This document shows positions 1 to 9,100 of a DNA stretch of 64,000 nt, one piece after another; positions within the stretch are counted from its first letter, which is position 1; every line of letters starts with the position of its first letter. A program made the position numbers and the translations under genes. Under the pieces are notes generated by a model. It searched no databases. It was not told the DNA's origin and saw only the letters and a program-made list of their open reading frames with translations. Source of the DNA: Schizochytrium sp. TIO01 (Eukaryota; Protista; Bigyra: Labyrinthulomycetes); assembly GCA_004764695.1 (NCBI GenBank), contig SMSO01000037.1, positions 1,712,747 to 1,776,746 on the forward strand. The letters are read 5' to 3'.

Positions 1-68
1 CTGTTAGGCAGCGAAAATTAGCTGCATTTGATGAAAGAATAGCAAAGCAAAACAAAGCAGACGAAGCA

Positions 69-737
69 TTAAAGCCCCCATCCAGCAAGTTCATACCAGA
101 GAATAAGGCATATGCAGACGGCAATGACCAATGCCAAAATGGTATTGTCCCTCGTGCGTTTGTCCTGGATGCGTCTAATGAGAGTATTTACGCCTGGAAC
201 TCTGCGTCCCATGTCGACAAGACGGTCTGTGGTTCCCATAAAGCGTCTGCGCTGGCTGAGTAGCTCTCCATGGACTGCTGATGCTTGGTCGATAATAGCG
301 GCTGCTGCGTTAGTGGCATTGTGGATAGACTCGCCCTCTCGCATCAGCAGTGACTCAGCGTCGCGATCAGCAGAGCCCCCGGGTCCTGTGCCGCGCGCCA
401 TAAACTTTTGAAGCGAAAGTGCTTCGCGTCGCTCGCGAAGTCTGCGTTGGGCGGTTCGAAAGACTGCTGTCTGGTCGCGCAAGATCTCACGAATGCGCTG
501 GATCTGCGCGGCGCTCGTTGCAGGGCGATCAGCAGCGGTGCAGGAGACAAGACTGTCCACAGAGTCCGAGAGACTGCGCAGGAGTCCTTCGGCGTCTCTC
601 TCCAGGTCGCGCTCACCGTCGCTCACGAACTCAGGATCGCCAGCATCCACGTCAAGACGAGCGTATCGTGCTAATGTAGACTCCAACGCAGACTCCTGCG
701 CCTTCGCGGAACGACGAAGGTCCGCCCATGACTGCAT
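69..737 (-). CDS. GOS1: Golgi Qb-SNARE, Gos1/GOSR1 (GS28) family, 222 aa, intronless
   Basis: Starts at first ATG 737 (MQSWADLRRSAKAQESALESTLARY, matching the Gos1 N-terminal W..LR..A...E..L...L pattern). Has a SNARE coil (ESLLMREGESIHNA...QRRRFMG), the P.VN.LI.RI..KR.RD..IL motif and a C-terminal TM anchor ILALVIAVCICLILWY. Confidence 0.9.
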   Translation of the reverse strand: MQSWADLRRSAKAQESALESTLARYARLDVDAGDPEFVSDGERDLERDAEGLLRSLSDSVDSLVSCTAADRPATSAAQIQRIREILRDQTAVFRTAQRRLRERREALSLQKFMARGTGPGGSADRDAESLLMREGESIHNATNAAAAIIDQASAVHGELLSQRRRFMGTTDRLVDMGRRVPGVNTLIRRIQDKRTRDNTILALVIAVCICLILWYELAGWGL

Positions 738-2681
738 CTTTTGAGTTCGCAAGGTGTGCGCGGCAGGGTAGAGACAGCACAAAGGCGCAGATCAGCGCGA
801 AAGATTTGATTCACTTCTGAGAGGCGTGACTCACATACGCATGATTTTACTCATAAAGAAAGAGAATCAACAAATTCGAACGATATAATCATTAAGACGC
901 ATACTTACCTACTTAGTACTAGTACCTGCTCTTGTGATTCAAGTTGATAGTTGATGCCCTTGGTCCGAGATGATCGTCATCTGCCGCGCTGTACTCTTGA
1001 AACTAGAGAAATCCACGAGATGTTAAATGAAGTTGATGTGTGGCGTAGCTCAAAACCAGTCGAAAAGGTCTTCTTGGGACGAAATTGGTTAAAGTGAGAG
1101 TGTGCGTTGAAGTATGATGATTACCTTTTGGCACACATTTACACAGAGCTCGTACATGGCCAGCAGCCTAGCTAGAGCTAGAATGAGCGCAGTCTCATAC
1201 TTTGCCAGCTTTGCTTAGGTTTCGTGTTAGTGGTCAAGATTATCTCGAAATGATTTTGCTTATGTGCTAGCACACTTGTGCTACCAACTTTATAGCCTTT
1301 TATTCATAAGGAAACTTGAGGCGGCCGGCTCCTCAATGATTTCTTGATGATCGTACTACCTATCAGATGACTATGATGATGGTGATGATGGTGGTGGAGT
1401 AGGTGAGATGCTGATGCAAGTTAAACGTTGCGGATTGGGTGAAGAGTGACTGGAGACTATACTACAACTTGGAAAACGAGATAGGTCTGTACTTGTAGTA
1501 TATGTGCGCACCTACCTAGACACCTTGCGCTCTGATCGCAATAATTTTGTCACTGAGCTGTGCTTGCGTTTGAAGACCTATATTCGACGCAACTTTCCGA
1601 TACAGAATTGATCACAATATCCATATCTCTCAAGGCCAACTTTGTGTATTCGTACCTCGCGAGCAGAATCAAGGCGAATGAACTGTACATTTTCATTGCG
1701 TCGCAGCAGCAGTCACATGGTGGTCTAGATTTTATTACCTTCAAGTTGTCCAGTAGTCTTGAGGTTTTGGTCGACCGTGTTACTTATGCTATAACAGTTT
1801 GGCCCTCGGAGCACAATAATCAGTGAGAAAAAAGCACTACCTAGTACATAGGAGTACAATCCACAAGTCAATTGCTCACCCAAGCACCCCTACAACCGCC
1901 AGACTTCGATGTGCCAGCTCATAACCAGTTACACTGCTACCTAGAATGCAGTTTCCTTGCATGATAAATGAGAGATTTCCTGACACCTGTCAGACTGCCA
2001 GAGAAGCGCAGATGGGCGTGCGACACTCATCATATGCTTCCAATCGCTTGCACCATAGCTTGTTTTTATTTATACTTCCATAAAAAGACCTCATTAACCT
2101 ACCGATTCATTAGTCCTGCGAAGTGGCCAGCGTTTCGATGAATCCCTTCTTCTTCACTTTTCATAGTAAAGCTGGGGCCCATCAATCAATTCCACCACAA
2201 CTAAGTTCAAGACAAAGGTCCCATAAACTCAAGTCTCTCTCTCCATTAACTGATTGAGACCAGCAACATTTGCCCAGAGTCTCCCAGATACTTGCAGAAA
2301 GAAGTCGACGCTGCTGACCCGTTGAAATACGAAGACGCCTTCACGCGAGATTGTGAATGCTTAATAAAAACGAGCAAAGCAGCGTACTGTTTAGCTTATG
2401 TAGTGAGTAGGAATCAGTAGGCTTGGCGAGAAGCAAAGTAAATGATCGATGAAAATACAGGTCCCTAATCTGTCTTTCGATAGACCAGCTAGACCAATAT
2501 CTCAGCTTGCCCTTGTACTCGCCTCAGTTGGCGGGTGGGCGAGCGAGCGGAGCAGAGGCGACGTGGCCAGGTCGGCGCTCGCTCCGAGCTTTACCTGGCG
2601 CGAGAGCGCTTTGGTCGTGCTCTGTAGGGTCGTGTGCACAAACGTTCGTCTTTCCTAGCATCGTCTTTATAGGCTGCCACC

Positions 2682-5600
2682 ATGGAGTCTGACGCAGTAA
2701 GGATCGAAGTCGGTGGACGTCCTTCGCAATTTTCCTCTGCCTGGGAATCCACGCCTCGTGGCAGTAGCAGCAGTGCCAACAATTCTGCAGTTCGTGCAAA
2801 TAACCAGCGAAGAAGAGGGCGTGCGAACGCCAACAATGGCACGTGGAAATTTATGAGCAGTCGCAACACGCCGATTTTTTTGGCTTTGCTAATGATGATC
2901 GTATGGACATTTGGGGGCTGGATGCTGTTTATGAGCCTGGGCTGCGAGTTTTTTGGAGGCGAAGACGCGACTTCAGGTCCTCTGGCAAGACGCACGAAGT
3001 CGCTTCAGGCAATGGAGCTAGAAAACGAGCTGGAGCACGCTAGGAGCAAGATTATTTCAGCGAATGAGGCGCTGTTGCAAAGGCTTCGTAGTGAAGCGCT
3101 GGTGGAGGCCAGGTCCCAGGTAGCAGAGGAACTCAGTGAAGCCAACGCGAAAGCCAAGAGACTTGAGAACCAAGTAAAAGCTGCCACGCAAAAAGCAGAA
3201 GCAGCATCCGTGGCTGCAGCAAAGGCCGAAGCCGCGGCAGCTGTTCAAGCTGCCACGCAAGCGGCGACAGCAAATCAGGATACCGCGTTGGTTAGCGATT
3301 TCCTGATGGCTGAGCGGTTAGATAGTGAAACAACGACACCGGCGACTCCAAAACCAACAAAGGTCCACCAACCAACCAAACAAGATACTGAAGAAAGCAC
3401 TGGAGGGATTACAGACATCCTTCTCCGAGAAGTTCGTGAACAACAAGGAGACGTTGTCCCGAAGGAGGTTGTCCCGAAGGATGATTTTAATGCAGTTCAA
3501 TGGGTCGATGTGCTACGTGGCACTGACAATAAGAATTGGAGGAGTCTCAGTCGCGGCAATGCTCTACCAATCATCTCAAGGCCGTTTGGCATGACCCATT
3601 GGGCGCTGACAAATGTAGCAGGAGGGGAGCCGTGGTTCTTTAACCCTTCGCGAAACAATTTTGCAGGTATTCGGTGTACACACCAGCCGTCCCCATGGAT
3701 TGGTGACTATGGATTCTTCGATGTACGCCCGTATTACCAAAGACAGCTTAACACAAGAGCTGCCAAATATAACACAGGCAATGCAATTTTCCATCCACAC
3801 CACATGGTTGTGAGTTTGACTTCTGAATGCAGGAGTGGATCTGACTGCATCAAAGTTGAGCTCACTCCCTCGGAGCGAAGTGCTATTTTTCGCATTGAGT
3901 ATCCACCAGGCGGCGAGAATGGTGTTCAATTTGCAGAACTCAAGTCTCTGGCAGTAGAAAACGAAGATGGGCAAACACAGGTGATTCGCTTCTCAGGACA
4001 TTCTCGTTCAAAGTCGGTCTTTGATCCCCCGGCACTGATGAAGCATTACGCTTATATCGAGGTTATGGCAGAGGATTCGCGCCCGCTGAGATTCGACGCA
4101 AACTCGGGACAAGTTACCTGGGATGCAAACCCGAGCTCGCGCACAATCATTCATATTCGCGTTGGTACATCTTTCATCAATGCAAAACAGGCAAAGCTGA
4201 GCATGCATCGTGAGCTTGGATCAACTTCTGGCTTTGATCCGTCACAATTCATTCGCGTGAGGGAAGAGGGCTTCAACCGCTGGAACAACCTCCTTGGTCG
4301 TGTGAGGGTGACTGCGGACTCCAAGGAGGAGCTTGAAAATGTTCAGGAAACACTATACTCATGCTTGTATCGCGGTCTGCTGTTTCCTCGGCCACTGGGT
4401 GAAATTGACGAGAACGGGAAATTGCGTCACTGGAGTCCATTCGACATGATTCACTTCTATGACGGTCCTATTTACACGGATTCTGGTTTCTGGGATGCAT
4501 ATCGAGCTCAGTATCCGATGTTGCACCTCATTTACCCTGATCTTGTAGTGGACATTATGGAAGGCTGGGTCAACGCAATCCGTGAAGATCCCAGCAAAAT
4601 GCTTACTCAATGGGCTTCCCCAGGCCGTGTAGGCTCTATGGAAGGCTCTATGGGCGAAGTCAGTTTGGCAGAAGCCATGATCAATGGCGCTCTGGTTGGA
4701 GAGAGTGCAGATGTCGCAATGGACTACATCAAGCGCTCGGCAACTGACACCCAAGTTAAGAATGGAAGAGCGCATCTCGCTGATTACGATCGTTACGGTT
4801 ATGTTCCTTATGTAGTTCGGCGAGATGGTACAGTTTCAGTGTCATTGAATTATTATTTGTCGGATGCAGTTGATGCCATGCTTGCGAAATCTCGTGGCGA
4901 TACTTCGTTAGCCAAAAAGTTAGAGGACCGTTCTCGACAGTGGCGTAAGCTCTTTGACCCTTCAACTAAGTTCTTTCGTCCGAAGCGAACCGATGGAACC
5001 TTTGTGCCAAACTTTAATGAACATAGTTGGATGGGACCCTACACCGAGGGAGGTCCATGGCAATACCGATTTTATGTGCCCCATGACCCGAAGGGTCTCC
5101 GCCAGGCCTATGAGGATGCCGAACCCGCCCTTCCCGGTCAACCATCACGTTTGTGCCAAGTTTTGCTAGATGCTATGACACGGACGGGTCGTGTTTCCAA
5201 TCCAGATAAAATTCACGAAATGCTCGAAATGCTTCAACACTCATTTGGTGAATACGCTCATAACAACCAGCCAGTTCACCATGTTCTCTACATGTTTGCT
5301 CATGCTGGTTGCCCATTGGATGGCCAGAGATACATCCACCACACCCTCCGTACCCAGTATGGAGATTTTGGCTATGCTGGTGATGAAGACAATGGTGAGA
5401 TGAGTTCTTGGTTTGTTCTGTCTTCTTTGGGTCTCTATTCTTTAGTGCCTGGTTCAGGAAAATATCAGGTTGGTGCCCCGCCTTTGTACCGTACTGTTAC
5501 GATTCACCGTCCGCAGTCAGACCCTCGTGGTCGTCGCCTTGGCACTCTGAAAATTCGCCGCGAGGTACCTGCTACGACTTCGCCTTTGAAAAGTTTCATT

Positions 5601-5711
5601 CCGTCCACCCGCGTGCGCTGGAATGGAAACGTAATGTCAATTGATGCTGATGCAGTAACCATTCCTTATGCCGACCTATTGGCTGGTGGCGACCTTGTGT
5701 TTCTTGCATAA
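2682..5711 (+). CDS. Glycoside hydrolase family 92 alpha-mannosidase (probably alpha-1,2) with N-terminal tail, single TM anchor and coiled-coil/Ala-rich stalk; 1009 aa, intronless
   Basis: GH92 motifs HQPSPWIGDYG, LYRGLLFP, GFWDAYR, YTEGGPWQYRFYVPHD, YAHNNQPVHH and GDEDNGEMSSWFVLSSLGLY. TM segment IFLALLMMIVWTFGGWMLFMSLG follows a basic tail. Start codon is in GCCACCATGG context. Confidence 0.93.
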   Translation: MESDAVRIEVGGRPSQFSSAWESTPRGSSSSANNSAVRANNQRRRGRANANNGTWKFMSSRNTPIFLALLMMIVWTFGGWMLFMSLGCEFFGGEDATSGPLARRTKSLQAMELENELEHARSKIISANEALLQRLRSEALVEARSQVAEELSEANAKAKRLENQVKAATQKAEAASVAAAKAEAAAAVQAATQAATANQDTALVSDFLMAERLDSETTTPATPKPTKVHQPTKQDTEESTGGITDILLREVREQQGDVVPKEVVPKDDFNAVQWVDVLRGTDNKNWRSLSRGNALPIISRPFGMTHWALTNVAGGEPWFFNPSRNNFAGIRCTHQPSPWIGDYGFFDVRPYYQRQLNTRAAKYNTGNAIFHPHHMVVSLTSECRSGSDCIKVELTPSERSAIFRIEYPPGGENGVQFAELKSLAVENEDGQTQVIRFSGHSRSKSVFDPPALMKHYAYIEVMAEDSRPLRFDANSGQVTWDANPSSRTIIHIRVGTSFINAKQAKLSMHRELGSTSGFDPSQFIRVREEGFNRWNNLLGRVRVTADSKEELENVQETLYSCLYRGLLFPRPLGEIDENGKLRHWSPFDMIHFYDGPIYTDSGFWDAYRAQYPMLHLIYPDLVVDIMEGWVNAIREDPSKMLTQWASPGRVGSMEGSMGEVSLAEAMINGALVGESADVAMDYIKRSATDTQVKNGRAHLADYDRYGYVPYVVRRDGTVSVSLNYYLSDAVDAMLAKSRGDTSLAKKLEDRSRQWRKLFDPSTKFFRPKRTDGTFVPNFNEHSWMGPYTEGGPWQYRFYVPHDPKGLRQAYEDAEPALPGQPSRLCQVLLDAMTRTGRVSNPDKIHEMLEMLQHSFGEYAHNNQPVHHVLYMFAHAGCPLDGQRYIHHTLRTQYGDFGYAGDEDNGEMSSWFVLSSLGLYSLVPGSGKYQVGAPPLYRTVTIHRPQSDPRGRRLGTLKIRREVPATTSPLKSFIPSTRVRWNGNVMSIDADAVTIPYADLLAGGDLVFLA

Positions 5712-6193
5712 TTATGTACGTGTTTTGCCAATTTCGTGATTTTACACTTATTTTCTAATAAATAAAGACAGCTGATCTCTGAAACTCTGATACTTTTTTA
5801 TAAAAATTCAAACATAGTTTTCATCCCTTCGATTGTCTTCTCTATGACTATCTTCTTTTGGGTTGATGAGTTGCTAGATATGAATGAACAAGAGCTTACA
5901 AAGATTTTTTTTAATAAAACGAGGAAAGCCGGCACCGTATATGTAGGAGGGTAGGATAAAATCGAATTGTATCCTACTGCCCGTCAAAGGTGATCTTCAT
6001 CTTGTTTTGTTTTATTTTAGGAAAGAAAAGGGCAGGATAGATGACGTCTTGTGTAACAAGATGTCTTTCACAAGATGTCTCTTTTTAGGTTCGTTTCTTG
6101 ACATAGCATTCATAGCCCAGAATTTCAGATTGCATCAGATTAACAAAACGAGTCCGAAGAGTTTCATTTACGGTTGACACTAGGGATTTAAGG

Positions 6194-9100
6194 TTACAGG
6201 TTGAACTCGGGTCCAACTACATCAGGAGATAAAAGACTTGCAAGGCGCTCATGTAGAATTTCCTTCAAATCATCACGAATATCATTTTGCCAATACGCTT
6301 GTAAGCGCTCCGCGCGAAGTGCCAACCATGCGCTCTGGACAGCTGAAAAGCTTTCAGGGAAGAAAGGGTCATGGTCTCGGCTCCCATTCTTCTCGCAATT
6401 TGCTACGTGTCGATGACAAGCGTCACTGGTGTTTCCAGTATCGCAGAGACACCATGCACAAAAGTAGCAATCACACGATCTGCACTTGAGGGCGCAGCAA
6501 CCGTCAAAGTCTGTGAATACTGTTTTACATCGAGGGCAACATGTGCACAATAAGTGATCTTGAATGTGTTTCATATGTACCACTGCCTCTCGATTGAGAC
6601 CATCCAGCTTGATGAATTCTTGAACTCGATGTTGAATCTCTCGCTCAGCCCGAATATCGGCATCATTTTCTATATGACCCTTGACTACTCTGATTAGTCG
6701 AGCAAATATCTCTTCTGGGATATGCCGAGCAATCGTTGACCCGGGGAAAATGCTATTGCAATTGTTTGCCATACAAGGCATAGCACCGTCCCTGGTCACG
6801 CGAACAAACCCCTCAGGATCTGACGCAGCCGAAACTGACGCAGCGAGGCAATCTTGACAGACAAAGTGCCCGCTGCCACAGACAGCACCATGCAAAGCAG
6901 GGTAGTTGTCCAGGCATATCATGCACGAAGCCAGCGAGACTGTTTGAATATCAAAAGCACGATGGCTCAAAGCATCTAATGCACTAATCCGTTGATCTGG
7001 ATCTTGAGCTTTCAAGCTTTGCTGGAGGTCTGCCATGAAAGCATCTGGTGTAGGGAAAAGCTCTTCAAGCAAGACCCCAAATGAGTACATATCCAACGAA
7101 GGCAACGCTCTGCTGATATCTCCTGCACGTAACTCAGGCGCCATGTAGGCTGTAGTAAGCTGTAACCCAATAGTAATTGTCCTGCTTGTATCTTGCGTCC
7201 CGTCGAAGTCTCCAATAATTGGCGACAAACTGTTCGTAAGGAAGATATTGGACGGTTTGATATCACAATGCACCTGTCCAGTCTTGTGAATGTCGTGGAG
7301 GCCTGTCAGAATTCCAATAGCAATACGCTTGCGAATTGTGTCAGTCACATGTACATTTTCATCTAGCAATTGTTTCAAAGTACCACGCGGATAGAATGGC
7401 ATCAAAATACAACCAAAGCTAAATCCTTGTGATGCAGTCGTAAAAATGCCGAAAGGTTGCACCACATGAGCGGACGAGATTCTGGCAATTGCAGTAGCTT
7501 GGCGTCCGAACTTTCCTGACATGGCAAAACTTGCCAGGGAAAACTTCTTCAGGACCTTTTTCGAGCCATCATTGTCTTGTACAAGTAGTACATGCCGGCC
7601 TACATTCTCGGAGAGTGTCTTCACGGTCGTCATGCTGCCCATTACAGATTCAGAGAGCCATATACCTAATGCACTTGCTTCAAGGAATGCCAAGTCTGAG
7701 ACCCCCACACTTTTACACCACTCTCGACTTTGCAAGAGTTCCGGGAAATGGTCTTGTGCAAGTCGAATTAGACGAGCTCGTTCTTTGCGAATAGAGCGAT
7801 CAAGCGCATAAGGTTCGATAGAACTAATTTTGGATTCTAGATCCTTCAACCTCTTATGGGTTTCTTTGGTCTTTTCCTCTTCATAGTCTTCTCTGGCCAG
7901 TTGAAGCTCTAGCTGAAGCCTCTTCAGCATCCGCCGATTCGACTTTTGTTCAGTCAAGAGAGCGTCTAACATGGAAATATCAGGTGCGTATTCGCCTTCT
8001 GATAGAACTCCAAGTAAGTCTGCAAACGCCTTTCTCACCTCGAGGAGTTTACTAATCGCATTAGGTATATAAATTTGTCTACATTCTACAACTGCGGCTG
8101 TAGCTAGGCGTAATCGAGCATTTGCTACATTGAAGCTGTGAAAATCGCTCTTGAGGAAGTTCAATTCCTCAGACAGCTTATCAAAAACATTAGCAATCTC
8201 GTACTGAAGCTTGTCGAATTGTCTTGGTCGTAGTAAAAAAGCTCCTACTCGATTCTCCACTCCCAGATCTTCCCCGCTTGTCTCCAGGGCAGCAATTGCA
8301 TCTTCCGTCTTCTTATATAGCGCTTTGGCTCGTTTCATTTCAGAAATATCCGTGATTGTCGTATAAGCCAGCTTGACCTTTGCAGTCACACGCTCAACCT
8401 GAATGGTAAATTGAGTCATAGAGCATGGTTGATAGATTTTGCCTGTTGGATGAGATTGATTATTCAAGGCGCCAGCAAATGACTGCACACCATTGACACA
8501 TTCGTCTAAGTTTTTAGCTAGAAACGTGCGAAGTAAGCCAAGAAGTTCATGCCGCTGCTGATTACGGAGCAATACAGCTTCATCGTGGTTATGAATAGAG
8601 TTATCTGTCCGCAAAACGCTTGCAGATTCGTTGAAATGATTAATAAGCTGCTCAATTTGAAGGTACTCTTTCTCGAGCTCGAGAAAGCGCTTCAATGAAT
8701 CAGTGTTGACAAACCCGATCCACTGAGCAAGAACCTCTACGGTGAGACTTTGTGCTCTTTTCTCGTATTTTTCACGTTCGTTTGCTGTTCCTTCAGCTAG
8801 TCGCATCACACCTGTAAGACTAGTCCGTTCATGTTCTTGTCTAGAAAATCAACACAATGTTAGGTCACATATAGATGAGCTATCATGAATCTAAAGCAAA
8901 CATACTCAAACTTACTTCTCCTTCAACAAAGCGCGATTTCGCGTGCTTGGCGCACTTAAAAAAGGCATTCTTATGTCGGTGCTGTCTGAGTATTCACGCA
9001 TGTGAAGGTAAGCGGTCATGATCCTGTTAGCTTAACCTATTGTCGTTACTATTCGTATATAGGCAGCAGATGCAACTTACCGTAGTTCTATCAGTGTTTT

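Noticed and set aside
738-782. ORF-track N-terminal extension of GOS1
   Set aside because: Begins at TTG; family similarity starts at ATG 737.
901-912. ATACTTACCT, identical to the 5' end of U1 snRNA
   Set aside because: Not followed by GG or any U1 stem-loops or Sm site; it is part of a CTTA/CCTA tetramer run.
112-7811. Short ORFs overlapping GOS1, GH92 and the kinase exon in other frames or antisense
   Set aside because: Shadow ORFs of real coding sequence.
8807-8809. ORF-track start of the 871-aa kinase ORF
   Set aside because: It is an internal GTG; the frame continues to a splice acceptor at 8841 and joins upstream exons.
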